Shown piece by piece: positions 53,591 to 64,000 of a stretch of DNA of 64,000 nucleotides. The stretch is taken from assembly GCF_006345805.1 (NCBI RefSeq), contig NC_042998.1, positions 154,876,001-154,940,000 of the forward strand, in the 5' to 3' direction. This DNA comes from Octopus sinensis. Lineage: Eukaryota. The notes under the pieces are model-generated. The model was not told where the DNA came from. It saw nothing but the letters and a program-made list of their open reading frames with translations, and did no database searches. The number at the start of each line of letters is the position of its first letter. Position 1 is the stretch's first letter. The position numbers were made by a program, and so were the translations under genes.

Positions 53591-55701
53591 CTAGCCTGTA
53601 CATTAGACTTCAAAAAGTAGTTAACCATTTAATGGTTTTAGTAAATTTATACAGAAAAGGTAGGCATTATACTGTCCAGCATAAATAAAAGTCAACTTCA
53701 TTATATCTATTTTTTCTGAAAAAAAAAAAACCTATTCTGACATTAAATGTCTCAACTTCCAGTATGAATGTTTGTTTTGTACATCATTTACAATGAAAAA
53801 ATTTCTAAAAAAAATTCTGGAAATTATCTACTCATGTAATTTACCCACCCACTAAAGTTTATTTTTACTTTTGCGAAAAAGTGCATAAATTACATGGGTT
53901 TTTATGGTATTTTATTGCAAACTGGGAGACCAAGACAAGCCATTTGCATCTCACAAAGCTTGCAAAAGTTGCATTAACAAGCGCCAAATACGGTCAGTTG
54001 GAAAACTTAAATGTATGCTTTTTGGAGTACTGATGGTATGAACCACCATGATGACTGCTATTTCTGTATGATTTAAGTAGATGGATTCAACAAGAAGATC
54101 AAGGATCGCATAATATTCCATCAACAATAAAGCATGTTCCATACTAAGATAATATTCCTGTACTTGTGCCACAAGAAACATGGGAAATTTCATCAGACTC
54201 TGATACCAGTAATACTAATGAGATGGAAGTAGACTATGAACCAGCAACAAATGACAATCCCAAACTCTTCAAATAAGTTGAACTCAATGACTTGGTGAGA
54301 GACCTTAGCCTTCCAAAAGAAAGTGCATGGTTACTTGACTCTAGACTGAAAGCTCCTATCTCCTAGAACAACATTTGCTTGGTACTGCCATCATGAAGCA
54401 GAATTCACTCAGTTCTTTAAGAAACAGGATTATTTCATTTTCTGTTCAAATATTTCTGGCCTTATTGAACACATGGGGATGTCATACAAAGCAGATGAAA
54501 GGGGGCTCTTCATTGATTCTTCTAACAGAAGTTTAAAGGCTGTTCTTCTCTACAATGGCAATACAGCTGCATCTGTACCAATTGGTCATTGTGTCCAAAT
54601 ATCAGAAACTCACGAAGACACTAATAACTGTCAAGTACCATATTTACAATTTTCTCATTTGTGGTGATTTAAAAGTTATTGCTCTCCTGCTAAGTCTTCA
54701 AGGGAGACACACCAAATATCCTTGTTTCCTTTGTCTTTGGGATACTAGAGCATACAGCCAGCACTATGAACAAAAAGAGTGGCCACCAAGAACCAGCTTC
54801 TAACCTGGAAATCACAACATGAAAGCTGTGCCACTAGTTGATCCCAAGAAAATTCTGCTGTCACCACTCCACATCAAATTAGGGCTTATGAAAAATTTTG
54901 TGAAGGCTCTGAACAAGAATGGAGCTGCTTTCAAGTACCTGGAGTCAAATTTCCTCATATAAGATGAGGCAAGCTAAAGACAGAAATCTTTGCTGGCCCT
55001 CAGATTTGGGAATTGATGAAAGACAAGCATTTTGCGGAAGCATTAACAAGTGTCAAGGTGAATGCCTGTTTTCCTTCAAGCAGATTGTTCAAAATCTTTT
55101 GAGAAACAGCTACTCCCCAGAATTTGAAAAAATGATCCTAGACCTAATTTGAAGTTTCCAACAACTTGGGTCTAGAATGAGCATCAGGATGCACTTTTTT
55201 ACACATCTTGACTATTTTCCCAAGAATTGTGGGAACTCCAGTGAGAAACAAAGAGAGTAGAAACTCGATAGCAGGGAAAATGGAATGTTAGCATGATGGC
55301 GGATTACTGCTGGTCATTGAAACATGATGGTCCAGATGCACAGCACAAACAGAATTCAAAGAGGGCCTCCTTCTTTTGGAACAATATGTAAGCTAACGAT
55401 TAGGAGCATATTTTTTTAACATTTATTTGATTTGATGTTAATTCATGATTCATCTCATGTTGGTTGGAATACACGTGTTCTTAAAACTAACGATATGCTT
55501 TTCTATGATTACTTGCTTCATTTTAATAAAGTAATAATATATTAAAAATTCACATTTTTTAACATCATTAATTTATATTTTATTGAAAATTCTTATGTGA
55601 TAGAGCAAAATGGTTTAGATATTTAAAATCAGCAACCTAAGAATATGTAAGATCACATCTATGAATAAAATTTTTTTTAAATTCCCAAATGCAGACCAGT
55701 G
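53591..55701 (+). mobile_element. Degenerate Chapaev3-like DNA transposon
   Basis: DCYFC, LFIDSSNRSLKAVLL.NGN, ICGDLKVIALLL.LQG..TKYPCFLCLWD.RA, LHIKLGLMKNFVKAL, HLDYFP.N.G, MMADYCWSL; right end CAGTG|TAA; left TIR eroded. Confidence 0.8.
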
Positions 55702-55927
55702 TAATCACCCTTCTTATAATGCTTAAATGAACACAAAGAGCCTTTTCCTTTAAATAGAAGGAACAGTTTTACTATCTAGTTGTCTAGATACTTATATTTC
55801 AAATGAGCTATTTCAGGAGACCATAGTAGCTAGTTGTTAGGAAAAGTCAATCACATAAAACTATAACAGTAAATCAATTCACTATCATTAGGATACCTTA
55901 GATAAAATTCAGAAATTAAAAACTCAC

Positions 55928-55982
55928 CCAACTTGAAAATCATTTTCTTCTTTTTCCTCTTTTGCTTCATCCAAAGTCTGCT
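55928..55982 (-). CDS. Candidate internal exon (QTLDEAKEEKEENDFQVG), phase 1 to 2
   Basis: CTCTTTAG|...GG|GTGAGT; 55 nt open; end phase matches the terminal exon. Confidence 0.5.
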
Positions 55983-56059
55983 CTAAAGAGTGGTCTCTAT
56001 GAGTTATTTCACTATTAAGACATAAATATTAAAGGTACAGATAAAATTACCAAACTTAC

Positions 56060-56101
56060 TTGTGTTGCAATAAAACAATGGCGAAGCAGGAACACTTTTA
56101 A
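56060..56101 (-). CDS. Candidate exon end (KSVPASPLFYCNT); may be the 3' part of a larger decayed exon at 56060-56458
   Basis: Donor AA|GTAAGT; 77 nt intron to the next candidate exon with matching phase. Confidence 0.35.
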
Positions 56102-57432
56102 CTAAATTATTGTAGGGAAGTGAGGTAACTTATTGAGTCAGATTGTTCTCAGTATATTAGCACTGCCAGTGCATTAATTCCTGAGAGAATAAAGGTGAGT
56201 GTATCTTTCCTTGAATCATGACATGGAAGTAAGTCTTCAATGTACTACATATAGCAACAATATGTAATATTTTTAGGAGATGATTTATGTGTGTTTATTG
56301 AATTGACTGTAATGGAGTGTTACATTTAAATTAGATTGCTCAACTTGTGGTTTTGCTACATATTTTGTGCATGTATTGACTGAGTATTATCAGCATCCTT
56401 CCTTTCCTTTCTAACAGAGTGATCTTGACTGTTTTCTGGTGACTATGATTTTTTTAGACTAAAAAAAAAAAAAAAAAAAGAAACAAAGGCATGAATTTTA
56501 AAAAATACTCTAAGATTCTCCCCATTTTTAACAGTACATTTCTTTTAAACTGTCCCAAAAGTAGAATGGTTGACTATCTCTGTCTAAGATTTTTAGAAAG
56601 AAGCAATGTGTGTGTGTGTGTGCATGTGAGGGAGAGAGAGGGGGGAGAAAGAGAGAGAATATATGTGTGTGTATGCTTCTGCATGTGCATACATATGTGC
56701 ATGTATATGTATGAAAGATGTTCCAGTGGATAAGGTTTTCAATTCCTTGCTTGTAGACCGTAAGATAGATAACAGATGTCTGAGAACATCTGTGGTGTAA
56801 CAGCTTATTTCAGGTTAAAACTCATCAACTATAGGGTAACCACTGCCCAAATGTGGACACATACACACCTGCATTTGTATTGCAAAAGTTCAAAAACAGT
56901 GAGAGAACTCAACGCAAACCTTTCATATGTATGTGAGTTAGTTGAAAAAATTTATTTCCTTAGGTTTTGGAAAGGTGTTTTGGGAGTGGTTATTTGAGAT
57001 GTTCTTTGTCATTTTGAATCTATATGTGTGTGTATGTATGTATGTATGTATATGTGTGTAAGCGTGTCTGTATGTGTGTTTGTGTTAATTTTTTAAACAA
57101 AGAAATGAAAGAAAGTGGTGTTTTTCAGAGATGGTGTTTTACAGCAATAACTCCTGAGTATACATCCATTACCTATTTTTCTATCTTCAACTGTATTTCT
57201 TACGTATGCAATGAAACTAAATGTCATACATCCAAAGACATCAAGAAAACAAATAGAAGAAATTACTATTCTGTTTATCAACACACATGACCCAAGAGTG
57301 ATCAACATATTCTATACTATAAAAACAAACTTACCATTACTTCTTCAAAGCCCCAAAATGAAAAATCTAATAAAGAATAGCAAATGTCAACCAAAGAATC
57401 TTTAAAACATTATGTACCTTCAGTGCCCTTTA

Positions 57433-57464
<32 letters not shown>

Positions 57465-57668
57465 TACTGTCTGAAAAAGAAATTTATCAAAGTAAAACTT
57501 AAGTAGTTTGGCTCATTGTACATGTGGGTTTGTGAAAATATGTGTCATTCTCATATCATACTAAATGCTTGTATAAAATATGTCATCTATCTCTCTCTCT
57601 CTCTCTCTCTCTCACTCTCACACACACACACACATCAATTATTCAACAAAATGTAGAGAAACATTTAC

Positions 57669-57787
57669 TTGTCATTTGAATCCTCATAAGGGTCCTGATC
57701 TTTTTCAAATGAGTTAACACGTCTTAACAGTTTACCAGCTGGTAATGTTGACCTTCGGTGATACACTTCTTGTTTATTCATGATGCC
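57669..57787 (-). CDS. Internal exon (GIMNKQEVYHRRSTLPAGKLLRRVNSFEKDQDPYEDSND), phase 0 to 2
   Basis: CTGCTTTCTTACAG| acceptor and AA|GTAAAT donor; 119 nt open; no recognisable repeat. Confidence 0.62.
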
Positions 57788-58039
57788 CTGTAAGAAAGCA
57801 GGGTGGTAATTAATAGACACAAAATAATTACAATCACATATCTGTCTATTCAATGATTTCTTTCAACAGACATTAAATTTGAGTATTGACACTGCAAAGT
57901 TTTAAAGCTTAACTTAAAAATGTGTGTGTGTGTGTGTGCATTTTTATATGTGTTCTTAGAAAAAGAATAAAATTCAAGAACACGGAAAGACAAGTACAGA
58001 TGTATATATGTACACAAGCATAAATCACAAATTTTTTGC

Positions 58040-58640
58040 TGCTTTTTATTTATTGACTATGGAGGAAAGGCTACTTCAGAATCTCTAAGACTAGCGAGCT
58101 TGATGCTATTAATGTTCCATTTAAACTGTTCTAGGTCAACAGCTGCAGGAAAGATATGAGTAGGAATATCTCAGAGAGGTTCGGTTTGGAAAATACTGTG
58201 TGTGGCCTGTTGGGGTTGCCTGAGTGGTGGGAATATGAGATCAGCCAACTTTAAGAGATAGATGTAAATAGAAAAGGTAGAGAAAGGAGGTAGCTTGCTT
58301 GTTGGTCAGAGGCTGGAGCTTGACCATAACTGACCAATTAGTCAAATCCCTTTTTTGATTGTGGTCTAGGATATTGGTATGTGAAGCAGTAGAACCATCC
58401 CAGATATTGGAAAAGTAATCCATTATGAACTTTACTGGAGCCTTGTAGAATGTCAGCAGTTGTTAGGGGCTGAAATATTTTCTGATCCTGAAGAGAAAAG
58501 CCAATCGTTGGAATGCAGACAAAGCTATACCAGGAATGTGTTTTTGCTAGGAGAGATCCTTGGTAATAGTAAGTTTCAAAATTTTAAGTAATTATGAAGG
58601 TTCTAGCTGAATGTTTGATGTGAGTGTGGTGTGATGTTTT
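58040..58640 (-). mobile_element. Degenerate CR1/L2-like LINE 3' fragment
   Basis: LLTFYKA.V...MDY.SNIWDGS remnants. Confidence 0.55.
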
Positions 58641-59712
58641 TTCCAGATAAGAGTAATGCTTAAGTTTTTTTTTTACACACTCATGTATATTAAGGGAACA
58701 GAAGGAGTTAAGCAAAGTAGTGATGATCTGTATTGACAATTAGTGAGAATAAACAGTTCAGAAGCAGAAGAACTTGCTTTGCCATGAGCAAAAGGAAATA
58801 TATGGAGTATCAAAGAATGATTGTTTTTATTGTGTAGCCCTGAGCCAGATCTTTTTCACCAAATATTAAGCATGTACTGAGTGCAGTATGACAAATTGAA
58901 CATCATGTAATTCCTTTACTGTCTATTACATGAACAACATGTACTCTCTACTGCCATATAAATACAAATCCATGAAGAAACTGAAAGATCCAAAATATTA
59001 ATTAAAATCTTAAGATTTGTTCACTCAAGGCTAAATGTATAATGGACATAAACAAATATACATAGAGACCAATTTTTGAAAATATATATTCTAAATTGAA
59101 AAACTACAAAACTACAATTTAACAGGAATTAGAAAGAAAAAAGACAATAAAATTTAGCCATTTACAAGTATAATACACCCACACATATGTACTAGAACCT
59201 ATACAACAATAACATACAAACAAGCATAGATATAAATTTATAGATATACAAACACAGAATCACACACACAATCATGCTTTGCTCGATGCATAGGTAAAGT
59301 AAAATCAATTTAAAATAATGACTGACTCACTGAATACTTTTCAAAAGAAATTCAGGTAATGTGAATTTTAAACATCGACTAATTTATAAATACAAGTGTT
59401 TAGTAAGTAAAATGTTTGTGGCATGCAAACAAAATGGGTAAAGGTATGATTGTATAGTTAAGAAGGTTATTTTGCAACATATAGTTCCAGGTTTGATTAC
59501 ACTGTATGCCATAGCCTCAGTTTGATCACTGCTTTGTGAGTAGAATTTTTATAAATGGAAACTGAAAGGAAGCCTGCTGTTTATGTATATGAGTAAACAA
59601 TAAAAATATCATTGAGAAAAATCTTCAAGTTGGTACTTTTGAATGATAACACTATGTATTATTTGCCCAGCTTAAATTGCAGGGATACTCATTTGTTATT
59701 CTGGCCATCATA

Positions 59713-60585
59713 TGAGGTGATGTCAAAAGGTTCCTGGACAAGTTATGTTTAATAAAAAATAACTTATTTACCTAAGTTTTAACATCATTTCCTTTGAAAT
59801 AGTCACCTTGCACAACAACACACAGGTCCCAGCATTCCTGCCACTTTTGGAATCCGGCCTGGAAGTGGTTTACCATAAGCAAGTTCAAAACCTTCTGCAA
59901 TTTGCTCTTGATCTCAACAACAGTGTTAAAACAGTGACCTTTGAACTGCATATTCCTCTTGGGGAAGAGATGGAAGTCCACAGGTGCTAAATCTAGTAAA
60001 TAGGGTGGGTGAAGAAGTGATGCTATGTTGTTTACAGCAAGAAACTCAAAAGTGAGGAGAGCTCAGTTACAGGATGCATTGTTGTCATGAAGAATCTACT
60101 TCTTTGTGCTTCACAGATCCAGTTGCTTTTGCAGAATGTCCTTCAAATGCTTCAAAACATCATTGATTGTCTTCTGACAGTCCTCATGCACAAGTTGATG
60201 AATTTTCTCCACATTTTGGGGGGTGACACTTGTGGCAGGTCTTTAAAGGATGTTTTTATGCTTTTGAAGGACCTGTACTACCACTTGAAACATTGCGTAC
60301 AACCTATTTCCTCATTGCTGTAAGCTGTAGCAGACTTCCCAAGTTTAACACAAGATTTCATGTTGGCTCTTTATTCCAACTTCCTGTCAATGATAAAAAT
60401 CACAGACAACAGCATATGCATGATCACAAAAGCACAAATTTCACAACTTGCAAAGTAAACACAGTGATGTCACTTGGCACACTGCTTCATGAAGGTCACT
60501 GCTAGCTCTCACTGTGCAGCAGCTATGAGATGTCATCTGCTGGTGCACTACAGAACTAGTCTTGGAACCTTTTGATACCACCTCA
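59713..60585 (-). mobile_element. Mariner deletion derivative
   Basis: TIRs TGAGGTGATGTCAAAAGGTTCC / GGAACCTTTTGATACCACCTCA with TA flanks; DLAPVDFHLFP and FQKWQECW..CV...GDYF. Confidence 0.85.
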
Positions 60586-61718
60586 TAAATGCAATGAACC
60601 CATGATTGGCTTACTGGAAATCTGTTGTTCCCAAAAGTAAAGAAAATAACCAATTTTAATTTTTGATGTATGTAGCCACACTTTAGTTGCAATAGTACAA
60701 TTGTTGACAGACAGATACATAGTTATGGATGTGTGTTTGTGTGTGCTTATTTTACCAAATTGATAAATTAATGAACTCAAGACTCACTTTTCTCTAAATG
60801 TTTAAGAAAAATTATGTGAGCAATACATATCAAAATGTTTATTTCAAGCTCATGATTTCCATTTCATTTACATATCTCACACAAATACTCAAACAATTAA
60901 TTTAGGGATAGATATATAGTTGGTGAGAGCTGTCCAAGCCATGTATATGATATTGCGAGTGAAGATACTGCGAGTGAAGTAAAAGTTGGCAATGAGTATA
61001 GAAACAAATTTAGTGTGCAGGGTCTGAGGTTTTAACACAATGTTTACCACACCCAACATATTACATACAAAAACACACATACATATACATATGATTTTAA
61101 GATGGGATGCCCACCCTATCCTCTCCTTCCACTCACTCCTTGCACACAGACATATTTACCTTATATGTTTCAATTTATCCCAAGCTACAATACTAAATTA
61201 TGTTAATCTTATCCTATATTACAACTTATTCTCTGTTTACTTATATATTTGAAACTCTAATCTTTAATTTAATGTTGTTCATATTTTTCTCATTGATATC
61301 AAACTCTATATTTCATAAATTCTGGCTATATGAAGGATAAGTATATGACTTTCCTCTTCTTATACCAATACCAAAACTACCTAATAATTATATCTTACTA
61401 TTTTAATAAATCTCCTTTCTCCTCTTAGAAAACTGTCTTATTAATTTATATTAATTTTATTCTCATTGTTTTCCATACTTTCTATGAATTTTTAAACATA
61501 TTTACTTATATCTTCAAATTTCTAAATTTAAAAAAAATTTAATATTGTTCATATTTCTCTTGTTGATATCAATCCCTATATTTTGTAAACATTATCTCTA
61601 AATAATTTTATTAAGTTTCAGTTTGTTGTTATTTTTCTCTATTTTTTTCTGTATTTTTTCTCTATATTTATAATCTTTTATTTTCCAGATTTTTGGTAAT
61701 CGGTATATCTCTTTTATA

Positions 61719-62664
61719 TTAGGTCGTCAAGTATGAAATTTGTAGAAAAGAAAAAAAGTTTGCTAATATTTTATAAATACAAGGAATAGTTTTATTCATC
61801 AAAGTATGCACCCATATTGTCTTTGTAAGTTTCTGCATTATTTGGTCCAGTTGGCTGCAGATTGATGAGCCAGGTTTAATGGAATCCTAATGGATCACAG
61901 AAAACCAAACACACACCATCAGCTTCTTTTGATGAATTTTGCATTTTGGACTGTGTTTTAGTGGCTCATCTTTGTCTAACCATTGTGCTGAATGTTTATG
62001 GTTGTTGTATTGGATCCATTTCTCATCACGTTACAATTTGATTAAAAAATTATTCATTTTTGTGATGAGAAAGTAGCATTATGCAGGCTTCCAAACATTG
62101 CTGTTTCTGATTGTCACTGAGTTCATGTGGAACCCACTTATCCAACTTTTTCACTTTACTGATTCGAAGTAGGTGAGTCAATATTGTTTACTTGCTGACA
62201 CCAAACAACAATGATAATTCACAGGCACTTTGAGATGGATCTGACTTGACAGTGGCTTTCAGTTCATCATTATTCACCTTTGTTTCTGGTTGACTGCATT
62301 GCTCATTTGTGAGGTCAAAGTTACCAGAACGAAATTTTGCAAACTAATTTGATACTATCTGCTGTGTAATAACATTGGAATGAAATATTCCATTGATATT
62401 CCAAGCTGTCTGTGATGTTGTATTTCCAAGAAAGAACTCATATTTCAAAACTGTATGAATTTCCAACTTATTCATCTCTAAACAAAAATAGCAAAAACGA
62501 TTTATAAGTACTTTATAAAGCACAAAATGAGTTAGAATAAAGAAATAGATGTGTCAGCTTTCTAACAAAAAGTAAAGATTGTCAAAATATAATAATGGTG
62601 CAAAATGAGCAGTTGTCAAAGTTTACCATATATCTTACTACAAATTTCATACTTGACGGCCTAA
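61719..62664 (-). mobile_element. Mariner deletion derivative
   Basis: TIRs TTAGG(T/C)CGTCAAGTATGAAATTTGTAG with TA flanks; LDKWVPHEL and V(T)..EKWI remnants. Confidence 0.88.
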
Positions 62665-63059
62665 TACTATCTACTAGTTACATTTTAATTACATTACTAA
62701 AATTCCCTTCCATTTGTTAGACAATCATCTTATTATTTTATATTAATTTTATTAATATTGTCTTCCATAATTTTTAATGTTCTATTTAAATACTGACTTA
62801 GTAGTTAACAAAGATTTTCTTTCATTTGAGGGTGGAGCTTAATTTATGCATTGTTTTAAAAGATTTTTTGCATTAATGCAGAAATGTAATTTACTTATTT
62901 ATTATTTAATATAATAATATAAATTATCTTTGGTGTGATAGTTGAATTTTCTTATAGTTAACTCTTTCATTACTGTATTTATTTTGAGATGCTATGTTTC
63001 TTTCTATTACTTTAAATATAACAAAGAATTTAGTAAAATAATTTAGTTATCATTCAGAT

Positions 63060-63995
63060 AGTGTTAGGAACTTAAATTATGACTAAAGTTTTTGAGACTG
63101 CACCATTGTCTTGTATGGTGCCAGTGGATGAAAAAATGAAGTATACAAATTGACTGGGCTCTAAAACCATTTTGGTGGCTACACAAGCCTCCTTGAAGTT
63201 GAAAACAATGGTCAAAATTGGTCTTTTTTATTGTGCTTATGTAATGTATGTTTAATATTTGTTTCATAAGCCTCATGTAGATCTACATCAGGCTAAAAAA
63301 TTGTAGTGCAAGTGCATAATTTATTTTTAATGATTTTATGACAAGCATGGTTGGCAAAACTTTTTTTATCATAAATCAACAAAAACCTTCCAAGATACAT
63401 TTTTTTAAAGTATATAATACTCTTAAAGTATATAATACAAGTTTATACTATAAAAAGAATTCTCAGTACATACCTATTCAGCTGATTTTTAATAGGAAAT
63501 ATTATGACAAGATGTTCATTGTTCACTTAGACATTAGCATGGGAAACCCTACTGAAATATTTGAAATACATTTAACTGCCATTCCAAACTGCCCAGAAGG
63601 CTGCAGTTCAGGCTCCTAGCCTTTCTGTTCATGTGGAGGGTTCTCTTGCTCTCTCCTATACATAGTTGCTCAACCTCTAGTAGATTTTAAGATTTTTTAG
63701 TCAACTGTGTAACGTTGTGCTTGTTATCAAGTCATTAGAAATGAATTTTATACTTGCACCATAATTTTCTAGCTTAAATTAGATCTGCATGAGACTTATG
63801 AAACAAACATTAAACAGATACCTTTCAATTTGACACTACACAAGTGCAATAAAAATGGCCAACTTTTCAACTTCAGGAGGCTTGTGTAGTCACAGAAATG
63901 GTTTTAGAGCCCTGTCACTTTCTATACCTCATTTTTTCATCCACTGTCACCACACAAGTCACAAAAAATTTTGACTCTAAAAACAGGACACTCTA
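63060..63995. mobile_element. Foldback/MITE element with long (~250 bp) diverged TIRs
   Basis: 63110-63325 is the reverse complement of 63745-63957 (GTGGATGAAAAAATGA..GGGCTCTAAAACCATTT..CTACACAAGCCTCCT.GAAGTTGAAAA). Confidence 0.8.
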
Positions 63996-64000
63996 ATATA

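Noticed and set aside
56775-56840. Hammerhead-like TTGATGA...GAAA on the minus strand
   Set aside because: Core altered and no convincing stem I or stem III pairing
59320-60800. Additional upstream host exons at GTGAGT donor-like sites (~59330, ~60787, minus strand)
   Set aside because: No convincing acceptor plus open frame could be paired with them
61200-62800. AT-rich diverged repeats (~61268 vs 61538; ~61430 vs 62728) as a functional array
   Set aside because: Low complexity, few copies and interrupted by a mariner; most likely an old repeat relic

Overview
AT-rich, repeat-saturated eukaryotic (animal) DNA. The SINE families, RTE LINEs and long (TA)n/(CA)n tracts resemble an octopus/coleoid cephalopod genome; this is recognition from memory, not a database check. 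Most of the window appears to be one ~49-51 kb intron of a minus-strand host gene. Its 3' exons (57669-57787, candidates at 55928-56101, terminal exon 6547-6739) encode a C-terminal transmembrane helix and a short tail ending YYDMPPF*, resembling a KASH/IRAG-family protein. The intron and the flanks beyond these exons are packed with decayed transposons: RTE, CR1/L2 and R4/Dong LINEs, a Ty3/Gypsy relic, mariner/Tc1/Tigger elements, a Chapaev3-like element, a non-autonomous Helitron, a Merlin-like element and SINEs. The most striking structure is a ~1.36 kb spacerless palindrome (35814-37170). Each arm carries a Penelope-type GIY-YIG endonuclease fragment and a type I hammerhead ribozyme with a variant CCGANGA core, and the palindrome is nested beside a Helitron inside a Merlin-like element inside an RTE LINE. 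Further hammerhead motifs and smaller fold-backs next to (TA)n occur elsewhere. Most ORFs in the supplied track are spurious.
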